A stretch of 64,000 nucleotides of DNA from an uncultured delta proteobacterium (GTDB lineage Bacteria; Desulfobacterota; DSM-4660; Desulfatiglandales; HGW-15). Location: the NCBI GenBank assembly GCA_963707125.1, contig CAVPOU010000013.1, positions 128,007-192,006 on the forward strand, given 5' to 3'. The notes under the pieces are model-generated. The model saw nothing but the letters and a program-made list of their open reading frames with translations, was not told the origin of the DNA and did not search any database. Of the stretch, positions 26,657 through 36,184 are shown one piece after another; position 1 is the stretch's first letter, and each line of letters starts with the position of its first letter. Made by a program: the position numbers and the translations under genes.

Positions 26657-29617
26657 TCAAGCGGCAATCATCACGCATTGGGATGTTTTGCCGTCAATCT
26701 TCAAAAGAAACGGTTTGTCCATTCGCACGTGTCGCAAGAACTGGGTCTCTTGAACCGCAGGCAGAGATCGGATCCATTCCCAGTCAAACCGGTCCTCTGA
26801 TCCTTCGCTGACCGTTACATAGTGAATGCCCAGGGAGGTGATGTTTTGAAAAAAGTGGGTCCCCTGAGAAGGATCTGCCTTGAGCAAGGCGCTCCTGAGT
26901 TCAATGATGGCACCCACACCCGATATGTCGTGCCATTGAACCGGGATTCCGAGCCACCGGTCGGCACTGCCCCACCTCCCCGGCCCCACAAGCAAATAGG
27001 GCCGCCCCTCTTTGAGAAGCCCGCCGTTGAGCCGACTGATTTCCTTGGCGATCGCCACCGTGGACTCAGGTTTGAAGTCTTCGGGTTTGACATAGACGAT
27101 GTCGGCAATGTCATTGTCTCTGCCGTTTCCCAGGGCTTGAGTGGAAATGCAGAAGGCCTTTTCCATTTCCTGCTGTGTGATCTTCACGTCGAAGGGTTCG
27201 AGATCCGCGACCATCGGCCTCATCTGGAGGAAGAAAAAACTGCTCTTCTGCGCTGGATCAGGGCTGAGACTCGCGGAGAACTCAATCTCCACAGGGCAGC
27301 CCATCGCTCTGCGCCCAAGGTCCAGGAAGTCGCTCAGCAGGGAAGGGAGAGGGAAAACATTGTACTTGAGGATCTGGGCAAAGGTCAGGATCTTCGGCCC
27401 CTTCAGGTACCCTGAATCCCGGATTCGGTGTTCATCGGAAATGTAGGTGCTGGAAAGGGCTCTCACGGGGAACTCTTCTTCCGCCTCGTCGACCTCTCTC
27501 CTTTCAAGATTAGAATACCTGTGAAAGGTCAATTCCTCCGGATAGCTCCTGATTTTCAGAGCGTAGAAATACCGCTGCGCATTGGAGAGGATGTCGTCCA
27601 CCGTTGAAAACTGGGGCATGGAGGTGGGGTGCTTTGGGGAAAAGCGCAAAGCTCTTTCCCCTTCCACCACTGTCTTGCCGAGTCCAAGGGCGATGTAGGC
27701 AATGCCGTCTTCCCGCTTCATGGGAGGGATGGGATAGAAGTTGTGCGACTGGGCGACACCGGAGACGGCAGGGTAATAGTAGTTCCCGTATTCCTCGCCG
27801 GTGAGCTTCTGGATAATGATCGCCATGGCCTCTTCCTGGGGTCGGTTGGAGGTGTGCCGGGCGAATGCCTTGGGGCTTTCATAATAGGTCGAGGCATAGA
27901 CGAGCTTGATGGCTTTGATCAGGTGTTTGAGCCGGACTGAGGGATCGGGATGATTGTTGGGAATCATATAGGTTTGGTACAGCCCGGCATAGGGCTGAAA
28001 CTGGGCATCCTCTAGAGAGCTGGAAGATCGAATAGAAAGAGGAACACGGATCTGAGACAGGTAGAATGCAAGCTCCCGGACGAGCCACTCCGGCATTTCC
28101 GCCTGCAAAAAGGCATCCGCAATTTGCAAGTCCGGTATATCTTCAACGGAAAAATGCCGGAGCTGGTTTTTGGAGATGAAAGACTCAAAGCCGTCGGTGC
28201 TGATGACGAGGGTCTTGGGGATTTCAATGTTGACGTCCGTGTGCTTTTCATATATCGCCGGATCTTCCTGAAGGAGGGCCGACATGAAGGCAAGACTTCT
28301 CGCCTTTCCTCCCAGAGATCCCTGACCGATTTTGACAAAATCACTCACGTCGGGGTCGAAGTAGGAGGTGTTGAACTGAGCGACCACCCCCTTTTGACGC
28401 CACCTTCGCAACCTGTGGAGGTTTGAGACAATGTATTCCCTCATCTCCTCGGCACTGGAGAACTCAGAGGCCTGGACTTCCCGGAATGCTGAAGCAAGGC
28501 CGATTTCAGAGCGGGCCATGAGCCAGTTCGAGAAGTGGTTGCGTCTCGCATGGTACCAGAGAGATTCTGCAGGAATGCGCGCCGCTTTTTCTTCAAGTTC
28601 CCGGAGATTCGATGCCCGGTCCACTTCCTTGCCGTCCGGCATGCGGAAGATAAAGTCGCCGAACCCGAGGTGATTCATGAAGAAATCGTGTATCTCGGAA
28701 AGCAGATTCGGGGAGTTCTTGTCAAGGAAAACAGCCGGAATTTTTCCCGCCTCTTCCTGATTGCCCGATTCCGAACTCATGAGAAGCAGAGGCAGATCCG
28801 GAATGTCCTTTCGGATCTGGGACAGAAGTAAGAAGCCGGCGTCATCTTCCAGTTTCTGAGCTTTTGGCAGGCGGGAGTCGGACATGACCCCAAATACATA
28901 GGGCTGATACCTCTCGTAGAGTTCTGTGGCTTCTTCGTAGTCCACCGCCAGGAGGATCTTCGGCCTCGCACGCATGGTGAGAAGCCGGTGTTCTTCATTG
29001 AGCCCTACCTCCAGGACGGCCTGAGTCTGCTTCACCACTTCCTGGTAGATCAAGGGGAGAAAAGAAGAGTAGTAAAGAGGAGAGTCTTCTACAAGGAGCA
29101 AGACGCGCACATTCGCCTTCTTGGTGTCGAAATCCACATTGAGGCGGTCTTCGGCATTCTTGACCAGGGCCAGGAGAAAATCAGAAACTCCGGACCAGAT
29201 GAATACCTTGTCGATCCCCCTGCCGTTCCCGTCCTCAGGCTGGGGAGGCAGCCCTCTCAGGGTTTGAGCCAGAAGAATCACAGGAAGCTCCGGTTTGACT
29301 TTCTTGATCGCCCGGCCCAGGGAATAGGCGTCCATTTCCTCGAGGTGGGGCGTGGTGATGACCATGTCGAATTTCTTCTCATTGAGATGTTCGAGGGCCG
29401 CGTAGGCGGAAGAGGTTCGGGTCACCCTGGGAGGCTGGCTGAGGTTCAGACCTCGATACTCATTGATGATCCTCGAAGCAAGCCGGCCGTCTTCTTCCAT
29501 CACATAGGCGTCATAAGGGCTCGAGACCAGCAAGATCTCCCGGATCTTGTTGGCCATCAGCTCGTGAAAGGCCTTGAACCGAGCATGGAACTCAGTAGGT
29601 AAAGGCGCGCTGGTCAT
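26657..29617 (-). CDS. Receiver-like domain(s) + PEP/pyruvate-binding (PPDK_N ATP-grasp) domain protein, function unknown
   Basis: About 986 aa. N-terminal CheY-like segments (IREILLVSSPYDAY...DMVITTPHLEEMDAY; VRVLLLVEDSPLYYS). Central KIGQGSLGGKARSLAFM is typical of the PPDK/PEP-synthase nucleotide-binding domain. I saw no phosphohistidine swivel motif. ATG at 29617. Confidence 0.7.
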   Translation of the reverse strand: MTSAPLPTEFHARFKAFHELMANKIREILLVSSPYDAYVMEEDGRLASRIINEYRGLNLSQPPRVTRTSSAYAALEHLNEKKFDMVITTPHLEEMDAYSLGRAIKKVKPELPVILLAQTLRGLPPQPEDGNGRGIDKVFIWSGVSDFLLALVKNAEDRLNVDFDTKKANVRVLLLVEDSPLYYSSFLPLIYQEVVKQTQAVLEVGLNEEHRLLTMRARPKILLAVDYEEATELYERYQPYVFGVMSDSRLPKAQKLEDDAGFLLLSQIRKDIPDLPLLLMSSESGNQEEAGKIPAVFLDKNSPNLLSEIHDFFMNHLGFGDFIFRMPDGKEVDRASNLRELEEKAARIPAESLWYHARRNHFSNWLMARSEIGLASAFREVQASEFSSAEEMREYIVSNLHRLRRWRQKGVVAQFNTSYFDPDVSDFVKIGQGSLGGKARSLAFMSALLQEDPAIYEKHTDVNIEIPKTLVISTDGFESFISKNQLRHFSVEDIPDLQIADAFLQAEMPEWLVRELAFYLSQIRVPLSIRSSSSLEDAQFQPYAGLYQTYMIPNNHPDPSVRLKHLIKAIKLVYASTYYESPKAFARHTSNRPQEEAMAIIIQKLTGEEYGNYYYPAVSGVAQSHNFYPIPPMKREDGIAYIALGLGKTVVEGERALRFSPKHPTSMPQFSTVDDILSNAQRYFYALKIRSYPEELTFHRYSNLERREVDEAEEEFPVRALSSTYISDEHRIRDSGYLKGPKILTFAQILKYNVFPLPSLLSDFLDLGRRAMGCPVEIEFSASLSPDPAQKSSFFFLQMRPMVADLEPFDVKITQQEMEKAFCISTQALGNGRDNDIADIVYVKPEDFKPESTVAIAKEISRLNGGLLKEGRPYLLVGPGRWGSADRWLGIPVQWHDISGVGAIIELRSALLKADPSQGTHFFQNITSLGIHYVTVSEGSEDRFDWEWIRSLPAVQETQFLRHVRMDKPFLLKIDGKTSQCVMIAA

Positions 29618-29781
29618 CGCTTTGCCGTGCTCCAATGGTTGAGGATCGTTGATTGATCAATCGCCCCCCGAGTCGCCGAAGGAAGCGGCCCGGGACAAGA
29701 AGCCCTCCTCATCCTGGGGGAAAAATTATATGAAAAAACCGCACAAAGGTCATTGGAAAAGGAAAGGATGGGCGACAGGGA

Positions 29782-31365
29782 TCAGGAGTCTATGATTTGC
29801 AGGGCTTCCTCTCTGTAAGCCTCCATGACATAGGGAATCCCGGTCACCTTGGCACATTCCTCGGTGAGAGACATCAAGTCCTTCCTGTTGATGTAGCGGA
29901 CCTGCCAGCTTCTCGCACCGGCCATAAGCTGCTGGAGTCCAACCTTGAGCTTGTCCACGGCGCTGTAAATCCCGATGGCGCCCAGAGGAAGTTTTTCCGC
30001 TTCGGATCCGTACTTTTCCTTGAGGACCTCATAGTTCATGAAGATTTCTTCCTTGGTGGACCCATATCTGGAAACGGTGTTGGGGAGTCCTTTGTCCTCG
30101 CCTCTTAACCATTTTTCGGCATTTTTTCCTACCATCCCGGGAATCATCAGGGCTCGGCCCATGCAAACGGCCTTGCAATAAGGAGCGCCGAGAGCGAGGG
30201 CCTTGAAGACGTGATCCTCGGAAGAGAAGCCGCCTGCAAAAGCAATATCAGGTACCCAATTGCCTCTTTTTGCCAAGCGTTCGCAGAGTTCATAGGCCAT
30301 GGAATGGAGATAAATGGAAGGGACACCCCACTCGTTCATCATTCTCCAGGGGCTCATGCCTGTTCCGCCCGGAGCGCCGTCGATCGTCAGCAGGTCGATT
30401 TTGGCATCGCTCGACCACCGGATGGCCATGGCCAGTTCCCGCATGGGATAGGCGCCGGTCTTCAGAGTCACACGCTTGGCCCCCAAGCCCCGGACTCTTT
30501 CCACTTCCTTCATGAATCCTTCCTGGTCCACGAATCCGAGACGAGAGTGGCGTTCGAATTGCTTCAGAGGACCCGCTTTGAAAGCCGCCTGGAAAGCAGG
30601 GACTTCAGGGTCAGGGGTCACGATGTATCCCCGTTTCTTCAGTTCAATCGCCCTTTCGAGGGAGTTTACTTTGATCTCTCCGCCGATACACTTGGCACCC
30701 TGGCCCCATTTGAGCTCCACGGTCTCCACGCCCAATTTGCCGACCACGTATTCGGCTACCCCGTTGCGGGTGTCTTCTACGTTCATCTGGACGAGAATGT
30801 CGCCATAGCCCTCAAAGTAGCGGCGGTACTCTTTCACGCGTCGGTCCATTTCCGGAGATTTTTTCACCTTGCCCTGGTTGTTGAATTCCAGGTCAGGATC
30901 GATGCCGCAGACATTTTCCCCGCAAACCAGAACGATCCCGCTGATCGCAGCTCCGACCGCAAAGTGGTCCCAGTTCTTCCGCGCAATGTCCGTGCTGCCC
31001 AAGGCTCCTGTGAAGATGGGAACCTTCATCTTCACCTTATGGACGGCGCCGAAGGAGGTTTCCGTGTTGACTGCCGGAAAGGTGGCTTTATCAGGGTCCG
31101 GATCCACTCCTTTTGCTCCGAGAGCATACCCCATGATGTTGAGGTGAGAGTAGTCGACAGGATAGTCTTTGTCTGCTCCGGCCGTGATACTGCCGAAGGG
31201 TTGCGGATAAAGAAGCTCTCTGCCCCGGAAGGTGGCGTGGAACATGTCACAGCCTCCGCGGCACCCGTCCACACACCGACTGCAGATGCCGGATTGAGGG
31301 GCTACATCCCTGGAGCGGTTGCTGGTTTGCATGGCTTCATTTGCATTGGGTCTTTGTAGATTCAT
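29782..31365 (-). CDS. FMN-binding glutamate-synthase-family protein (GltB domain-2-like, archaeal type)
   Basis: 527 aa with an N-terminal Cys cluster CSRCVDGCRGGCDMF. The core IDGAPGGTGMSP and GGFSSEDHVFKALALGA resembles the glutamate synthase FMN domain. Strong SD caggaggagg. Confidence 0.8.
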   Translation of the reverse strand: MNLQRPNANEAMQTSNRSRDVAPQSGICSRCVDGCRGGCDMFHATFRGRELLYPQPFGSITAGADKDYPVDYSHLNIMGYALGAKGVDPDPDKATFPAVNTETSFGAVHKVKMKVPIFTGALGSTDIARKNWDHFAVGAAISGIVLVCGENVCGIDPDLEFNNQGKVKKSPEMDRRVKEYRRYFEGYGDILVQMNVEDTRNGVAEYVVGKLGVETVELKWGQGAKCIGGEIKVNSLERAIELKKRGYIVTPDPEVPAFQAAFKAGPLKQFERHSRLGFVDQEGFMKEVERVRGLGAKRVTLKTGAYPMRELAMAIRWSSDAKIDLLTIDGAPGGTGMSPWRMMNEWGVPSIYLHSMAYELCERLAKRGNWVPDIAFAGGFSSEDHVFKALALGAPYCKAVCMGRALMIPGMVGKNAEKWLRGEDKGLPNTVSRYGSTKEEIFMNYEVLKEKYGSEAEKLPLGAIGIYSAVDKLKVGLQQLMAGARSWQVRYINRKDLMSLTEECAKVTGIPYVMEAYREEALQIIDS

Positions 31366-31390
31366 AGGTCTCCTCCTCCTGAGTGATGAT

Positions 31391-31427
31391 AAAAAAAGGC
31401 GTCTCCCTCTGACGAGGAATAGACACC
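31391..31427 (-). terminator. Intrinsic terminator inside the 5' leader of the gltB-like gene
   Basis: The minus strand reads GGTGTCTattCCTCgtcaGAGGgAGACGCC followed by TTTTTTT. It ends about 25 nt before the SD/ATG of the gltB-like gene. Confidence 0.65.
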
Positions 31428-31449
31428 TTTGTCTTGCGCATCCTTGAGC
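31421..31449 (-). promoter_or_regulatory. Candidate ANTAR target: two adjacent short hairpins with A..G.. hexaloops
   Basis: The minus strand reads GCTC-AAGGAT-GCGC (one mismatch in the stem), then a, then AGAC-AAAGGT-GTCT. Both loops have A at position 1 and G at position 4. The 3' half of the second hairpin (GTCT) is part of the terminator's 5' arm. Confidence 0.45.
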
Positions 31450-31500
31450 CTCTACACGTCATCGTGTAAAGACTTCATCAGCACTGAAAATAATCGGTTC

Positions 31501-31529
31501 TTTTAAGCAGAGCTAACGGAGGATGTCAA
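31501..31529 (-). promoter_or_regulatory. Possible sigma-70-type promoter for the leader + gltB-like operon
   Basis: Minus strand TTGACA (31529-31524), 17-nt spacer, TTAAAA (31506-31501). The -10 element is weak. Confidence 0.25.
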
Positions 31530-31575
31530 GAAATTTCTTGGGGGCCGCAATGGCCTCAGTGCAAGCGGGTAGGTC

Positions 31576-32295
31576 TTAGATCTCTTCAGAAAGAAGAATG
31601 GCTTCTGCCACGTGACGCATGGATTTTCGGGAGTCCATGCTCCGCTTCTGGATCCAGCGATACGCCTGTTCCCCGGTCATGGAGCGGCGCCGCATCAAAA
31701 CCTCTTTGGCCCGCTCTACGAGTTTCCGGGTCTCAAGCTCTTCCTGGATCACTTTGGTCTTAACCATCAGTTCCGTGTTGAAAATCGCCACCGCCGCCTG
31801 ATTGGCCACGGTCTTGATCAAATTGACTTCCGTTTCCGAAAAGTTGTGGGGCATGGCCGTGAAACAGTTGAGGACGCCGATGACCTTCCCTTCCTTGACG
31901 GCCATGGGAACGCTGACCATGGAGACGAGACCCAGTTTCCTGGCCATCTCTTTCTCCTTGAACAGGGGCTCCTTGAGCACATCCTGGATGATGAGAGACT
32001 GGTTGTGAGCGGCCACATAGCCCACCACGCCCTCATGCATATTCAGGGATCGGTCTTTGACATAATCAGGATCAATGGCCTGTGTGGCTTTGAGGCGTAT
32101 CTTCTTGGGCGTCTCCGTTTCGTCGATCAGCCACAAGGAACAGATTTCCACTCCAGTCACCTTGGCCGTGACCATCACAATGAGCTTCAGGATCTCTTCG
32201 ATATAGAAATCGGACGTGATAGCCTGACTGATATCCATCAGGGCCTTGATGTATTTGTCGTAGATTTCCGAGGGTGTTTTTTCCATAGAACCCAC
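31576..32295 (-). CDS. GAF-ANTAR RNA-binding antitermination regulator
   Basis: N-terminal GAF domain (EICSLWLIDE...GVVGYVAAHNQSLIIQDV). C-terminal ANTAR (LETRKLVERAKEVLMRRRSMTGEQAYRWIQKRSMDSRKSMRHVAEAIL). Confidence 0.85.
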   Translation of the reverse strand: MGSMEKTPSEIYDKYIKALMDISQAITSDFYIEEILKLIVMVTAKVTGVEICSLWLIDETETPKKIRLKATQAIDPDYVKDRSLNMHEGVVGYVAAHNQSLIIQDVLKEPLFKEKEMARKLGLVSMVSVPMAVKEGKVIGVLNCFTAMPHNFSETEVNLIKTVANQAAVAIFNTELMVKTKVIQEELETRKLVERAKEVLMRRRSMTGEQAYRWIQKRSMDSRKSMRHVAEAILLSEEI

Positions 32296-32298
32296 AAC

Positions 32299-32838
32299 CT
32301 ACCTTGTCGGCTTTTGCCACTCCTTGGCAAAGATCTCTGCGATGCGGTTCACCTGACTGGGGTCGATCTTTAAGGATCTGGCCACCTCCTCGTAGAGCTG
32401 TTTTCTCATGGAGTTCTCTGCCGTCACGAGAGCGTTTAAATCCCGTTTTTCCGTGAGCTCCAGTTTCTGTGTGTTCCCGAGGGACACGTAGCCGCTGTTG
32501 TTCTCAACCACTGCCCCTTTCGCATAGTAAGGCTTCATCTGCTGGTAATTCGCCTTCATTCTCTCTTTGAGGGCCCGAATGGTCGGGTTGGAGACGGTCG
32601 TCGCATCCTCGGCCCAGGCTGAGTTCGCCTCGAGGCGGGCGAGCATGTTCCTCCAGAAGGAGGTCTTGTCATCCTTGACCGGCTTTTCCTTGTCCTGGCC
32701 TCGAATGTCCTTTACAATTTCCCCGGCCACGGACTCCACTTTTTCCGCAGGAAAGTAGATGTTGATGGTCACACAGGCAAAGGTGAAAATCGTTACCCCG
32801 AAGATTAATGCCCGAAGGGCTTTTCTGCCTCTATTCAT
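32299..32838 (-). CDS. YnbE-like lipoprotein segment fused to YdbL-like (DUF1318) domain
   Basis: Internal ATG at 32838 with its own strong SD (gagcaggaggttggaaATG). Lipobox FTFAC, then VTINIYFPAEKVE (YnbE-like). The C-terminal GAVVENNSGYVSL...LVTAENSMRKQLYEEVA resembles E. coli YdbL as I remember it. No stop separates it from the upstream YdbH-like frame. Confidence 0.5.
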   Translation of the reverse strand: MNRGRKALRALIFGVTIFTFACVTINIYFPAEKVESVAGEIVKDIRGQDKEKPVKDDKTSFWRNMLARLEANSAWAEDATTVSNPTIRALKERMKANYQQMKPYYAKGAVVENNSGYVSLGNTQKLELTEKRDLNALVTAENSMRKQLYEEVARSLKIDPSQVNRIAEIFAKEWQKPTR

Positions 32839-35800
32839 TTCCAACCTCCTGCTCAATCCCTCAATACCAGAATTCCTCAATTCCTTAATTCTTGTTCTTG
32901 GGATTTTGGGTTTTGTTCTTCGGCCGACATGCTCCCCAGAGGCCTCACGCTTAATTCTTTTCACCATGTCTTTGAAACGGATCTGGCGGTCAGGGTCTTG
33001 ATTTACAACATTTACACCTGAAAAGCCATTTCTTTTCACTAGATAGACCTTATCCCCTTCTTTGAGGGGGCCGTCAATTTTGAAGGCATCGTTTTCAAGG
33101 GAAGCCTGGATCGCGATCTTGTCGTAGGGGAACTCCTTGAAAAAAGAAGTGAGCGCCCCTGCCAGTCCAATGAAAGGGCTCCCGCCCCCGCCGATCTGGG
33201 CGATGTTCTCCACAGCTCTGACACTTATTTTCTGGGGCACATCTTTGGTTTTGACCGTCTCCATGAAAAGATCAAATCGTTGAGGTTCACCGCCTACCAT
33301 CTCCAGGTTTTTAACCTGTCCTTTGAGAACGCCTTCGATTGTTTCGAATGGAGTTCCTTTGGTGAGTTCTGCTAGATTGAGATCTTTCCACGTCGCGTCC
33401 AGGAGAAACGTCGGAGTCGTGCCAAAAGCTCCCGACTCACCGAGGTTTGAAAAAACGATTTCCCCTCCAAAAGTCCGAACTCTTACGTCGCCCTTGGTTT
33501 GGATCCTGTCGCCATCAAAATGCACTACATCGAGTTTTCCCAGGATCGAACCCGGCACAGGGTGTGACCAGATGTCAGAGAGAATGGGAGCTAGGTCGGC
33601 CTCTTTCAAGGTTGCGCTCGTCACGACGAAAGGCGAGAGGGTGAAAAGCCCATGGAGCGATATCGGGCCGAGTTCGATCTCTCCACCTGAAACTTGGATG
33701 GAATCCTGGGGTATGAAAGAAATGAGATTTGGAGTGATGTGGGCTCGAGCAGCGAAGGACTGCATCGGGAGATAGGGGAGGGCGATCGACTGAATAACTA
33801 GGTTTCCTTCTTGCTTAAGGCCCATAGAAAAAGGAAATCTCCCTCTGAAAGAAGACTCCACAAAAGCCCCGAGATTTTCGCCCCAGAAGGGCAGATCGAG
33901 TTCAATCCCTTCAATCGTGACCCTTTTTCCGAGAATCTTCCCGTCGTGCCATGAGCAGTGGCCGAGAAGCCTCCAACCCTCGGTCTCCTTTTGAAACTCC
34001 ATCTCAGCCATGAAGTCTCCTCCCACATCGAGTTCTGAGAGGAATGGCACTTCTCGCTCCATGGGCTCTTTGAAGAAAAGCTGGAAAGCAGGCTTGAGGT
34101 GCATCCACGGAAGACGGACACGGAGGTGACATGGCTTCTGTAGCATGAGATCTTTGAGTTGTCCTTCTGCTTCAAGGGACAGGAGATCTTTTAACACCAA
34201 CTTTACTCCCGATAGGTCGGCGGTCCTGCTGGACAAATCGTAATCGCCCTGGGCCTGAAAATCCAGGCTGTTCCTGTTCAAATCGAGATAGATCCGATCG
34301 TAAAGAAAGCCTCCTTGTCGCGCACTCCCCTGCATACGAGCCGTCCATTTCGTCCAACTCATGTCTCCGGTCGCCGCGATGCTGAGTCCAAGGGAGATTT
34401 TTTCGCCGGCGTGCCTGGAATCAGGACTCTGAAAAGCGAACTGGTCGAGATTCCATTTTGATTCCAGAAGCCAATGTCCATCTTCTTTCAGAGTGCCTTT
34501 CATCAAGAGGGAATCGAGTCCCTCTATTTGCCAATCCGGAGGGGATCAGGCTCAGAGCCTGTGCCAAAGTGAAAATCCTGACCTCTTTACCTTCCAGGCC
34601 AAAGGTTACCTGGCCATCATGAGAGTCCACGGACAACTGCAAGTTCTTCATTGAGGAAGCGTGAATGTCGATTCTCGGGAAGCTGAGTTGGGTTGGGGCA
34701 AAATGAATCGTTCCACTTTGGGTCTGTGCGTTTATGTCTGGAGCTTGGACCCGCTTGCCCCCGAGAGGGAATTCGACCTGGGAAGCCCGGAAGTTCAGAT
34801 TCTGCACATCAAAATCCAAGCCTTTCCCTGACGCCGAAAAATCCGCTCTTGCGGAATGGACTCCCATGCCCTTCCACGAGAGCTCCCCCTTTTCCACGGC
34901 GAAAATCAACGCGGTCTCGACAGCAGGGAAGAGGCCTTTCACCTGAAGGTCCGCCGTGACCACTCCGCGCCCATGGGTATCGGGCATCGTGAAAGACACA
35001 TCGTTGTCTTTCAGCCGGGCTTGAAGCTCGCAATTCCACTGCCAGGTGTTTTCCTCGAGGATGCCATCGAGGTTGCCGGTCACGTCAGCCACACCTCCGA
35101 ACTCGAAAGAGGACGGCTTTATTCCAAAGGCCTGAGAGAGCAAAGGCCAGGCCTTCTGGAGGGTCATCTGCAAAACAAGACCGGTGAGTTTCACTTCCGG
35201 ATTGGCGCCCGTCAGAGCATGCAGCGCGCCGGTTGCTTCCAGGATCTGGTTCAAAATCAGATGAAAGCGCTGAGCACCGGCTCTTCCACTGGAGAAATCC
35301 ACAAAACCATCGGCATTGAAGTGTATCGCAAAGAGGGGACGGAGACCCGATCCCCTGTTTCAAAGTGAGGTTATCAGAGGAAAGACGAGCAGAGTTGAAA
35401 GTAAGGAGCCCTTTGTTCCGGTCGTACACGACCAAGGCCTCGCCGGAGATACTTTCCGCTTTCCCACGAGGCGTCGTGAATGTCATCTCCTCGCCTTTCA
35501 GGGACATCCGGACTTCCGGATCGACTATGGAAATCGCACGATCCGCCGTGAGACGGAGGTGCGGCATGGTCACTTCCATTTCCTCAGAAGGCCATCGCAG
35601 GCGACCATAGCAGGTTATCTGCAGGGATTCGTCCTCATTCAAACTGAGGTGAATTCCGCTCATCGTCAAGATTTGTTGGCCCATTTCGATGTTCATGTGG
35701 CCGCCGGAAAGTTTCGCATCATCGACCCGGATATCCCGGAAGAGCAGCAGAGCAACAAAGCCCTCTCGCCAGTTGACCGGAAAAGCTGCTGACCGCCGTT

Positions 35801-36183
35801 TTATCGCCGATCTCCGTCAGGCGGGAGGGTTGATGGGTGTTCAGGGAGAGCCCGGTGATGGTGAGATGATTTACCACCAGGCTTCTTCGAGTGAAGGAGC
35901 CTTGAAGAGAAAGTTCCGTGACCAATTCGGTAATTTCCAGGTGACGCAACTGGACATGGTCGCTGAGCTGGATCCCCCTGGCATGAATGAGGAGCGGATT
36001 CAGAGAATAGGAGAATTCACGGATGGAGCACTCGGTGCCGGTCGCCTGTGAGATGGATTGTTCAACCAGAGCTTTGACTTCGCCGGGAGACTCCAAGTAA
36101 TAGAGGACCACGGCGAAGGCAGTGCAAAGGACAAGCAGTAGCACCACTCCAAGAAGAATCAGGATTTTCCACTTCCTTCCCAT
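32839..36183 (-). pseudogene. AsmA/YdbH-like giant envelope protein, split over four frames (three frameshifts)
   Basis: ORFs 35719-36213, 35085-35696, 34421-35302 and 32299-34506 read as one protein. It has an N-terminal TM anchor (KWKILILLGVVLLLVLCTAFAVVLYY) and a long beta-rich body. Frame changes map to about 35760-35815, 35330-35358 and 34530-34545. The 3' limit is set arbitrarily at the internal ATG of the next gene. Confidence 0.55.
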
Positions 36184-36184
36184 C

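Noticed and set aside
30211-31359. 382-aa plus-strand ORF, and 31612-32373 (253 aa)
   Set aside because: They are antisense to the gltB-like and GAF-ANTAR genes respectively, and no motifs are visible.
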